Positions 38,151 through 50,931 of a DNA stretch of 64,000 nucleotides are shown in pieces. The notes beneath the pieces are model-generated. The model saw nothing but the letters and a program-made list of their open reading frames with translations, had not been told where the DNA came from and searched no databases. Numbering within the stretch: position 1 is the stretch's first letter; each line of letters begins with the position of its first letter. Source of the stretch: Lingula anatina (Eukaryota; Animalia; Brachiopoda); the NCBI GenBank assembly GCA_051362555.1, contig CM120649.1, forward strand, positions 1,550,001 through 1,614,000, read 5' to 3'. Made by a program: the position numbers and the translations under genes.

Positions 38151-41100
38151 TCAGTGCTTCTTTCCTTCATATTTTCTGACGAAAGCTGGGACATCAAATT
38201 TCCTTTTGCATCCTTGATAATTCATGAAGCGTATCTTTCCAAACACAGGTCTCTCTCCCCATCCCTGGTCATGAATACCACATATGCTCCACATACAACC
38301 TGCAAAAATCAACATCAGATTTGTAATTGAATTGTTGAGGATATACAGTAATTCATTAAGATGAAATTATTAGCATTATGTCATGAACTTGATTGGCTAT
38401 ATAAATAACATGAAGAATAAGTATGATGACCATATGGGTCAACAAGTGTAAATCCCCCCACCACCATCACCACCACCACTTTCTTTTAGTGTGAACGTGT
38501 AGTGATTGAACCCAGTAATGAGCTAGCTGTGTAAACCAAAATCAAAATCCAGGTCAACAGGATGGGAGAGGGTGTTAATCTATCCAGATTCATTACACAT
38601 ACTCACACAGAGACACACAAACACACACTGATGCACACGCACAAACAAATTCACTGACACCCATTCACACACACATACACACACAGACACTGACACACAT
38701 ATGCACTTACATATTCACTGAGAAAGTCCCACTGACACACACAACAACAACAACAACAACACACTGACACTTGCTGAGATCATGACAGTCACAATATTTA
38801 CTAAAACAGGCTAGAGTCTGCACATGTAATAATTAACATTTTTTACCTCAATAATGACAACAAAAGCAGTCTGCTTTTCCAAGGGTTGCATTAAGCATTC
38901 ACTGTGTAAACAAAAACCATGATAAACTCCACACAGAAAGATAAAGCTATGTTTAGCACAGTGCTTTGCAACTTCAGGACTTTAGACTTAACGCCCTCTC
39001 CTCACATGAAGTAGGAAGTCGATCCATAAACAGGTAAAAGAAATATAAAATATTATATATTGTTGATTACTGGATACATGGAAACTTTTGGAGCATTAAA
39101 ACTTTTACCTAACTGAAGATTCTCAGTATTAAGTTTTTTTTTTCTAAATGCCAAAAGTGTCTTTTACCTGGACAGGTATACCTGCTACTCAATGTACTTA
39201 TGACATCTACTTAGTACACAGCTAACCAATTATTTCTACAGGTAAGAGAATTCTTCCTCACCAGTAGAAAAGCACGTTGAGCAGTCTTTATCAATTAACA
39301 AGAGGTAATTACTATGTATCCATAATATTCCTTTATATCATTTTCAGAACAAAGCTTTGTCATTATGAAGATCACTGGCACCTGAAACCTCAGAGGAGGT
39401 CAGTTGGGACATCTCAGAGGCAGCAACCTTGGGTCACCTGAAAAACTGCCTCATAAAAAATCTGAATATCAAGCAGAGACAAACTCGCTCCAAGGTGAGT
39501 AAATATGAAATAATGCCTGAGTGTCCAACGTCCTAAATATATGACATTGGAGTTTGGTCTGCTTTACTAACTGCCTTACGGTTTTGTGACTACAGGGTCA
39601 GAGAGGGGCAGTCACTTCCTAGGTATGTACCAATAGCTAGGTTTGCCATATCAGTGATATAATACCACATAGTCTGAGAGATAGTTTCAGGAGGGTCCCA
39701 ATGTGTACTTTCAATACCCATGAAAGCCACTTTCACTTCCCAGAGAGGCGTGAAACCTTCACCTCATAAAGCGTGATTTATGAAGCACCGCATTTTTGTG
39801 ACTAGTGAATGTGGGTTTTAATTTTCTGTCCTTTGTGAAATGAAGTCATCAATGACTCGTAATTTTCAGGAAATTGATATGCATTATCATTGAGATAAAT
39901 AAAGGTTTATTTACTGTGATTTGTGAATTGATGATTTTATTTCCCAGGAACTGTGATCACTACTCCCCCATGGAACCCTAAAAAAATTCGACCAGTGCAA
40001 TCAATACGACTAAAAAAATATATATTTTCTATAACTTTTTTGTCTAGGCTCAAACATTTAGACCAAACGTCATAATTCATGAGACAGGATTTTTTACTTG
40101 TTCTGATGGTTCGACCATATTGCAGCCAAGACTTGGTACATTTTCAAGCCAGTGGAATAGATGCTGCATGCCTCGGCCATTTGTCAATTATTGTGCTTTC
40201 AACAGCTCTCGTCAATGAGGAAGAAACAATTAACTGACGCTCTTATCTGGAAGTGGGACGTACAGTTTGTCCTAATTTAGCAGAATTGCATGCGCTGATT
40301 GATTTGTCTGGCCCGTGACTTGGCAGGGTGGGGTGGTGGTGCATTTTGAAGAATAAAAAAGGTCTGCTCGCGGCTAAACCAAAGTGGGTCCACAGTTGGA
40401 TATTTCGTAAAACACCTTCATATAGACCTAATAGCATTTGCTAGCAATAAAAAAGTTTGAGAACAATAACTAATCTATTTCAAGTTCAATTGAAATATAT
40501 GCAGATGGGGATACGTTCTTGAAGTCAAATATCACGAGATCCTATGTTTACTACAATCATTCGACCAAAAGATCGGTAGGATTGACCGTCCAGACTTCTT
40601 GGCGCCAAACACCATGTGCTGTCAAATTCTGATGAACATGTGTGAGCTTTTCACCTACATGGAAAATTGATTTGTCAACCATAAAAATGACGTCTTCCTC
40701 GTCTCCTTTTAAGAAAATTATCTATATGACAGTGAGAGAGGCATGAAATATTGATATTATTTAGTGTAATTCGTGAAAAAATACCCATTCCTGTGACCCC
40801 CTCTCCCCCAATAGGACCGTCTTCAATAACATGTGGTTTGCACTAGGCATACTGGAGCAGACCAGATCAGAACAGTCTCTCATTTTTGTGTTTGCCTGAT
40901 TCTAACAAATTATGAATGCACCTGTTTTGTGAAAATTATGGCAATTAAATGCTTATTTTAGGTTCAGGCTGTATAAGTGTTTTTTTTTTTAATATGCACA
41001 GGGACTTGTGCACAACTAGATTCTTTGAGATTAATTAATTAATCTTGGTTGAATTGTTTGGCATATTACCATATGTTACAGGTTTCTACCACCTCTCATT

Positions 41101-44100
41101 TGTTTTTCTCCTTGTTATTTTCATGAGACATGCTTGAAATGGTAGTCTGATATTATTAATTGTCTCTTATTACCATATTCACATATAACTTTTATATTAT
41201 TTATAAAATATTTCAATAATTATTGATTTCAGAGGCGAAACAATGGCATTATCAAAACCTTTCCTCAAACCTCAAATGGATGAGGAACAAGAGAATTATC
41301 TTCGCATGAGAGTGTTTCTGGAGCGTGCTACAGATGTTCTTAGAGATGTACTGACTAGCGAATTACAAAAAGCTTATCCAGGGGACTTTGACCCTTCCAC
41401 AGGAATATTGTATAATGTTCTGAACATCCCAGCTGTAGCAAAAAACTTACTTCAGTTAAGTAGGAGAAATGTTCTGAATGCAAGCCAAAAGCAGATTTTG
41501 TATCCAGCTGGGGCCCCTTCCTCAACTGCAAAAACAAATGATTTTGATGTTACCTTGACTGTCCTGCTATTACGCAATATAACCACACTGAATCCAAGCG
41601 CCCAATGGGACAAGCCTCTCAGCACTGACCTGTCCACAGAAGCTGACATTGGTCGAGTGAAGACATATCGTAACAAACATATGCATAGTGTGGCCAGGCT
41701 TCCAGCAGCAACATTTCAAAGTGACTTTGAGGGTCTCAAGACAGTACTGCTACGCCTGTCAAACATTTATACAGACCAAGACTATGACAGGGTACTCATT
41801 GATCCAATACAAACCTCAGGTATACAATTTTGAAATTAAAAAAGAAAACTTTTACAAAGATTAAATTATATTGGCTGCATATAATTGCTTACATTTATTT
41901 TTAATTAAAAATATTCAGTTTTCTTGCTAATGAATTGATACATAGCATAGGTGATTTATTTCCACAGAGAAAATGTTTAACTGTTTCCAGCACAAGAACT
42001 ATCAAGAAAATGATTACTGATTAATGATTACACACAATGAAAATAATAATAATAATAATAAAACAAATGAATTATTAAGACGAGTATTTTTTTTTTTTTT
42101 TTTTTTGGGGGGGGGGGGGGGGATGATTTCAATACCAGATGAAAGCTTAATTGGTTCTCTTATTTTGGCCAGGATGAATTTTGGAAAAAAGGAATTCTAG
42201 AAGAAATCTAATATGGTATATAAAATGTTTCTTGTTTATATTGTTATGCTGAAATAAGTACCAATGTTCCAATATTATTTATTCAAAATACTTATTCCGT
42301 TCAAATTAAGTTAAATATTGTATACATTGTTTCAGGAGTACCTACCACTTGTCAGCTCATGTCCATGAACCTCCCTAGAAAAGACAGTAACTTTTGTGGA
42401 CGAGAGGATTTGCTGACAGAGATCCAACAAGATGTAGAGAACTCAGAGATTGTGCTCCTGACAGGGATGGGTGGTATTGGCAAGACCAGCATTGCTGTAG
42501 AGATGGGGCATCGCATGAGTGAAGAAGGTAGAGATGTTTTCTTTCTAGACATGAGGCAGGTTAAAAATCTAGATTCTTTTCAGTTATCACTGGTGCAACA
42601 CTACAATCCTAAGATGTTTTTGAAAGAAATATATGGCGATTATCAAAACTTATTTCAAAAGGCTCTTTCTGAGATAAACTCGTCAACTGTGGTTATTTTT
42701 GACAGCATTGATCATTTTATAAGAGCTAAGAAAGCAGAACAGTTTTTACAATTATGTCAGGATATGTTGAAAGCATCAAAGCACATCTCATTAGTTTGTA
42801 CAAGTCGCCAATCATTTGACCTCACATCTGTGAAAGTAAACGAAAAAGCAATATCCCATCTTGATGTTAAATCATCAACTTGGCTACTATCAGGTGGGGC
42901 TTCTGCCCCCCAAACAGAAGAACAGGCTAAAATCTTGGAAGAAGTAGCTGCTAGATGTGGGTACTGTCCTCTTGCCTTGAAATTACTAGCACCTCAAATA
43001 AAAAAGAAAGGAGGTTTGCGAATGCAAGAGAAAATAGACAGAAAGGGTGTTCTTGAAGTAGCAGATACATCTGAATTTGAAGGAATGAAGTCAACTTTTG
43101 AAATATCATTTGAAGCATTGTCTAGTAGTGAAAAAGATATGTTCTGCAATCTTTACATATTCCCAGTGTCGTTTCATTTGACTGATGTTTCAAACATTCT
43201 CCAAAAAGAAGAGGGTGAATGTGAAGACATTCTTGATAGTCTTACATCCAAGTCCCTTGTAAACCAAGTGAGTGATCAGGTTTATGATCTACATCCCCTG
43301 TTAAAGGCTTTTTCTGATTCCCAAGCAAAACAAATTCCAGATAAAATACCAAAGATGGAAATTTCATACTGCAAATATTATGGTGAAAGGGCAGCTTTAC
43401 TGGTAGTAATATTTGAATCCACAGTTCCAAAATTTGCAAATGAAAGAGCAGAAATCATACTTCCACATTTGTTGTACAGTGGAAAACTTTTGCTAAAACA
43501 TCTAAGCCAATACCTTCAAAATGAATCAACAAGCACTACTGCACTAGTCAAGGATGTTGACATAGATTATGATGATTTCATACTAAGGCTTCTGGCCATA
43601 ACCAATGTATTGAGACAAATGTATTTGTTAAATGAGCCTCTGTACCTATTAAAAGAGTTAGCAAATGTTCTAAAAACAAAACAAAACGTGCTTCCTAACA
43701 GAAAAACCAGAATGCACTTATCTTCAGTATATCACAGTATTGGGACAGTTTTGTTTGTGATGGGTAAGTATGACGCTGCATTGGAATACCACAAGAAAAG
43801 TTTTGAAATATGTAAAAAGCTGCTTGGCACCCAGCACACTCAAACCGCTGGAACATACAGCAATATTGGTCTTGTGCTACATGAGATGGGTAAGTTTAAT
43901 GACGCATTAACATATCAAAATAAAGGTCTTGAAATACAAGAAAAGGTGCTCGGTACCAACCACCCTTGTACTGCTTTACCATACAGCAACTATGGAAATC
44001 TGCTACATGACATGGGAAAGTATGATGATGCATTGACATATTACTGGAAAGGTCTTGCAATTCAAGAACTGCTGCTGGGCACCAATCACACTGAAACTGC

Positions 44101-47100
44101 TGGCTCATACAGCAATATTGGTCTTGTGCTATATGCCATGGGTAAGTTTAATGATGCATTAACATATCAAAAGAAAGGTCTTGAAATACAAGAAAATGTG
44201 CTAGGTACCAACCACCCTGAAACTGCTGACTCATACAGCAATATTGGTCTTGTGCTACATGCCATGGGTAAGTATGATGATGCATTGACATATCACATGA
44301 AAGGTCTTGAAATACATGAAAAGTTGCTAGGTACCAACCACCCTAAAACTGCTGACTCATACGGCAATATTGCTAGTGTACTATGTTACATAGGTAAGTA
44401 TGATGATGCATTAACATATCAAATGAAAGGTCTTGAAATACATGAAAAGGTACTAGGTACCAATCACCCTAAAACTGCTGACTCATACACCAACTATGGT
44501 GCTCTGCTACGTAAAATGGGCAAGTTTAATGATGCTCTGACATATCACATGAAAGGTCTTGCAATTCAAGAACAGCTGCTAGGTACCAATCACCCTCGTA
44601 CTGCAGCCTTATACGGCAGAATTGGTGTCCTGCTTCATAGCATGGGTAAGTATGATGAGGCATTGACATATCATATGAAATGTCTTGCAATTCAAGAACA
44701 GCTGCTAGGCAACAATCACACTAAAACTGCTGGCTCATACAATAGTATTGGTCTTGTACTACGTAGCATGGGTAAGTATGATGATGCATTGACATATCAC
44801 ATGAAAGGTCTTGCAATTCAAGAACAGCTGCTAGGCACCAATCACACTGAAACTGCTGGTTCACACAGCAATATTGGTATTGTGCTACATGACATGGGTA
44901 AGTATGATGATGCATTGACATATCAAAAGAAAGGTCTTAAAGTACTTGAAGAGGTGCTTGGCACCAAACACACTAAAACTACTCAGTTATACTTCAACCT
45001 TAGTATTTTACTACTTGACATGGGTGAGAATGCAGAGTCTCTTAAATATATGAAGAAGGCACTTGATACATATGAAACACATTGTGGTGTCAAGCATGAA
45101 AAAACGGCTTCATGTTACCTAGTTATTGGGAAAACGTTTGTAGCTGTGAGGTTGTACAGAGATGGAGTTCTTTATTTGAAGAAATGTGTATCAGTTCAAG
45201 AAGAGTTACTTGGTCTGACTCACCCCAGTACAATAGATACATGTAAAAAGATTGGTGCCGTTCTTATACAGATGGGTCAATTTGCAGAAGCAATTGAGTA
45301 TTTCGAAAAAATTAACTGGAACATTGTCATTGACAGAATCGTGTACTTTTATCCACCCTCACCCTAAACTCGACGTGGAATTTGGAATGATGTATATATG
45401 AAAAACAATAGGGACCCAAGCAGGAATCAAATATTTAAGCATAATGTATATACAAACATTCAGTTAAAGAAAATATGTATCTGATGGAAATCATCTGGGA
45501 AAATCCCTTAAATGACCTGTTACATCAACATATAACTGAGCTGAAGTTATGCTAAGATACATATACCTTGTTATGTGTATACATGTTCATGTCTGCTTTC
45601 AACAGTTTAACAGCCCTGAACCTGTACAATACCAGCTTGATTATATGTAAATATGTGTATGAGTGTGTGCATTTGTTTGTGGGTGTAAGAAAGAGTAATT
45701 CCTTTTTTTTTACTGAAAGATAAGGAAAATTGTATCAGACTGCCATTTTAAACCATGTCTCATCAAAATAACAAAGGGGTGGGAACAATTTGTTACATTG
45801 ATCAAGTGCTTTGATGACTTTCCATTCCTGAATATCAATATATTTTAGAGCAAATAGCTGTACAGAAATAATTAGGGTAGCATTTGATGAATATTTTACT
45901 ATTCAAAGCATAGAAATATATCATTTCTCCCACAGTTGGTGCTTTGAACAAGATGATAATATGTATTGCATGTGTATTTCAATTACTTGCTCACCTGTAT
46001 TTTCATAAGCTTCTGTGCTTTCAACCTTTTGTTCAAAGTGCCAGTCATGGGATAAGTCAGATACAACTACTGGTTGTCCACTGTACACGACATACAAAAG
46101 CACACATTTTATCTGGGCTGCGCCTTGGCATACGTACACTTTTATATGTCGAATACAGCGGAGGACTATGTAGTAACTAGTGTAAAATGTAAACTTGTTT
46201 TTTTTTCAAAGCATAAAGGCATTGTTTGTCATATAAGTGAACTCTGGATTTCAACGAAGTTTTACATAGTTTTAGCAGCACGTTCTGTCAAAGAACTGAA
46301 ATAGTGAAGGACTATATCGCTATTTCCCATCATTTGGGTTAACTGACTTTAGAACTCTTTGCTGCAACTTGAAATCCATTATCTTATATATTGTATATCA
46401 GATAATTCATATAACGGTGTCTTTATGATGTGTATATTGAAGGATAGTCATCATAATGTCTCAAATACAACTGGTTGTGGTATTATTAAGAGACAAATTA
46501 TTATGCATGTATTCATGGAAATATCAAAAACCCATGTTACATGTTTTAATTTGTTCACAGTGCGTATTCCAGAATATTTTAAAAAGATATTTTTCTATTA
46601 CTGTCAGTTGGAGAGTGATAAAGAGAGAAATCCATTATACAGTATATAATGTGATGTAACTAGATGTAGGAAGTTAAATTGCCATTAATGATGAGTTATT
46701 ATAGCCTCATTGTACTGTTATTATCTACTAGTATAAGTGGTCTGAACTATGGTAGTGTTGCACTAGACAACTGTTAACATTGCGATGTAATAAAACTAAT
46801 AATAAATTCTTAAAGTAAAACAAAAGTGTTGTTGGGTATTTCTTAAAATTACTCTCCCCTGTTTGCTTCATGTTAATCACTGTCAAAAAATCCAAGGGTG
46901 TATTTCTTTTAACTACTCTCAAGTGTTTGTTAATGTTTTAACATATTAATCAAAATAAACATAAAAAAATCATTATGTTAAAAGTCAATCAGAACTGAAT
47001 ATGTGACTCAGAATCAACATTTGTGGTGTTACATATAAAAGGAAAAACTTCCCCTTAGGACCAATATCTCTGCCAAATGTACTCTTTTAATACATCATTA

Positions 47101-50100
47101 GTTTATCTAGCCATGTCAAAGGCAATGGAGGCACAATGTATAAGAAATAACGCATGTATTTGCATTGCTCATTAAGAGAGAAATGGTACACATGCAAAAA
47201 CGAATTGGAAATGCACACAAACACACACACACACACATACATACATACACACAATCACACGTACACACATACACATTTGTACTAATTAAACTTACCTACA
47301 TATCCATTAGGATCCCTTCCGTCCAGCTCATACCTATCATTGAGATAAATACTAATTTTCAAAGCCTCCTCAGGACTGCTGGTCCACTCCAGGATTTTCT
47401 TTGCCCAGTACATTCTGAGGAATCCATGCATCTTGCCCTCTTTTACCATTTGAAGCTGGGAAAATTAAGAGGGGTTCACTATTATTTTTGCAGTATAATA
47501 GTGACAAAGCATCTTGAAATGATTAAAGATTTTTTGAAAAATGACGTCATTAAGTGAATTTGTACAGTTTTTCCATAGAACTGCCACATTTATATATTAA
47601 ATATCTGAAATGCCAAAATGAATCACACTTGATTCACAATGGAGAAAACATTAGTTAACTAAAATTTTCATTAAAATAATTGACTTATTATAGCTTATTA
47701 TAAGACAACACATTGAATGAATCATAATAGCTTGCTCTGCAAGCTGCATATTATGTAATATTCAGCACAGTGACCACACACCAGGCAAAAATACACCTGC
47801 TTTGTATGCAGTTGAGTGTGACCAAAATATTTAAACAAGTAAATCTGTTTAAGATGTGATTTATTTTATTTTTATATTTATGCATGGCCTAAGGGGAGAA
47901 ATCAACCCCTTCCTCCAGCAACCCCCCCCCCTCCCACTCCACCCCCAACACACACACACAAGTTTAAACCATGTTAATCATTTGTTCAGGAAGCAGGTGG
48001 TTAAAAGGGAAGTCCCCCCCCCCCCCCCCCCCCATGCATGCCATGAAAAATCTATAGACGTAATCTTCATAACATGCACAATTTCAGAATCAACAAAATG
48101 AAGGGAAATTTAAAATATATTTCCGGGTGACCTAGTTATACCTGTGCTGCATTCCAGAGATCGTCATGTGTTTTCCCTTCCTCCAACTGTTTACATGTGT
48201 AAACGTACTCGCGCTTGTCACTGGCATGTTTTCGTAACGTCTCCTTGGCCCAGACATATGCACCTGATGGCATTAAAATCAAGGGCATGCAACGAACATT
48301 ATACTATTTATTTTTGAAATAAAATCTTTTTAAATCTTCCACTATTCCTTAACATACCAAAAGTTGAGAACTATCACCCAGTTTTTGTGTTTTTTAGCGT
48401 CAAGATTCTGGGTCATTTTTGCAATGGATACACAGACTGATTAATTTCACTAATGTAGTCAAAAATTATAAACTTTTCAAAAAAATATAAATTCAGAACT
48501 CAGAAAAATGGATCAACCATGCTTACTTTCAAACACATCTGAAAAAATAACATTATTCAATTTTTGACAAATCTACAATAAATTCATCCCTGCGGAGTTC
48601 AAAAATGGCCCATTTACTCACACTCTATGGAGTCATAGTTCTCCACATAGTAACAAAAATTATCCGACAATTCTCTCCTTATGATGGATTCCTCCAGGAA
48701 AGCATCTCCTCCCTCTTTGAACTTGGACTTGAACTGTTTGACTACCAGGGCACACCTCTGGGCTGACACCTGGCCTGGTTAGAGGAATATTAAAACTGAT
48801 AAATATACTGATTAGAACTTTTTTTTCTTCAGTCAACAGATAATATATATTGATATAGTTTTTAACTCAAATATTTCGATGTCTAACAGATCATCTTCAT
48901 CAGGGAAAGAGGCTATCCAGGTGAATAGCCACTGCTTGGAAGATATGCTGCCCCCCCCTCCCCCCCCCCCCCCCCCCCCAATATATACTGATATAGTTTT
49001 TAACTCAAATATTTCGATGTCTAACAGATCATCTTCATCAGGGAAAGAGGCTATCCAGGTGAATAGCCACTGCTTGGAAGATATGCTGCCCCCCCCCCCC
49101 CCCAATATATATTGATATAGTTTTTAACTCAAATATTTCGATGTCTAACAGATCATCCCCATCAGGGAAAGAGGCTATCCAGGTGAATAGCCACTGCTTG
49201 GAAGATATACTCCCCCCCCCCCACACACACACACACACACACACACCTATTGTCTTAGCTGTTGACTGAAGAAAATATATTCTTATAACATAACACAGCT
49301 GAGGAATTTCTTCTCTGATAAACATTTTATTTTACTATACTTCTATATAAATATATACTATAACCTGGTAATAGGAGGCATTGCACTCTTCTGATAAATA
49401 TATAAATATGAAATAAAGTCATAACAGATTTATATTGTATTAGCATAGAAATTTGTTTTGCCAAGAGCATATTGAATGACATGGGCAATCATGGAGTTTT
49501 TTGAATTTTTTGTCTCTAGCCTTCTCGTACAGTGTGCCACTCTTACCTGAACAACAAGCTTAAATGAATGGCTTCTAGGTAGAGGGGAACATACTATAAG
49601 CACGGAATAAAATCATAAATCTAAAAATTTAAGATCCTTTCATTTTTCTACATTTGAACAATGAACATACAAGAACCCTGTAACACCTGCGTACCAAAGT
49701 GAATCCAGGGGGAGAGATTACTGCAGGCGTTTTTATTGGGGTTGTTTCTGTCCGCGTTGAAGAACTTCAGGCGCTCCTTGCAGAATGTCTCCAGCGTTCT
49801 CAGCCCTGCTGTGGTTCCCGGCGACGCCCACTTCACCTCCGTCACCGTCCGGTCAATCTGTAGCGATGCCTTGGCAGCCGACCAGTCAACTGGCTGAAAT
49901 ATCATTAATGAATTCATATACATTTTACTTAAGTATCTATTAGAAAATTTTCACTGGAACTCTTGACCATATGGTCTAACTGCCAGGGTGCCCTGCAGGG
50001 TGCTCACCTCAATATAAAAATAATACCTACTTTGTCCTTCCTATGCACTCAGCATGTAATAACATTACAGAGGACAGATAATGTGAATGATAACTATACA

Positions 50101-50899
50101 CTCAGCATATATTATTATAGAGGATGCTCTCTAGGAATGATAAGTATGACCACATTTGCTACTGCCATGATTTTGTGCTCCTCAGGGAGGTGAGCTTATT
50201 CCAGAATTAACAGATCTACATAAACCAGGCATACCTTGTAAACCTAATTTTTGAAAACGCCTTACCTCAGCCTTGGTCTTGGCAGCGTAAGGGTGCCGTA
50301 TGACAGGAGGGAACTCTGTGAGGTACTCCGGCAGTTTACTCTGTATTTTATTTCTGATTGTTCTGGCACCATACTCTCTCTTATCAGAGGCTTCCCAACA
50401 GGGCACGATGTTATGGGCATCCACCTGGGAGAACAGAGAAACAGAATTTATTGGGAAAGTCATCTTAAAACACTAGACTGTCAAATTCCTAACTGTTTAC
50501 TGGTAAAACAGGGAACAATGTTATGGGCATCCACCTTGGAGAACAGAGAAACAGAATTTATTGGGAAAGTCATCTTAAAACACCAGACTGTCAAATTCCT
50601 AACTGTTTACTGGTAAAATGTCATTTTATGTCAAAACAAGAGAACACTTCAAGAGCTCAGACTAAGGACAAAAACAATATAAATATTTAATTAAAAATGT
50701 TAGGGGAAACTTAGATTCAGTTAAAATAGCAATCATTTTTTCTAGCTCTCTGAAGACAAAAAAGGAATGTACTTTAACATGGAGTTTTTCAACCAGCCAC
50801 CACTCTCAAATAAGTTAACTCTATGTCATTAAGAGTGAAAAGCAACTCTAAAATACAATAATAATAATAATAATAATAATAATGCTCATACTGCTACTG

Positions 50900-50931
<32 letters not shown>

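Noticed and set aside
42359-45367. Calling the TPR ORF nephrocystin-3 or kinesin light chain, or a recent bacterial HGT or contaminant
   Set aside because: The similarity is limited to generic 42-aa TPRs. The spliced HEPN exon, spliceosomal introns and host-like base composition show an integrated, distinct eukaryotic gene.
47165-47557. 130-aa plus-strand ORF
   Set aside because: Antisense shadow of photolyase exon 10 plus a CA microsatellite.
48833-49325. Repetitive Gly/Pro-rich ORFs
   Set aside because: Artefacts of the intronic tandem repeat and C homopolymers.
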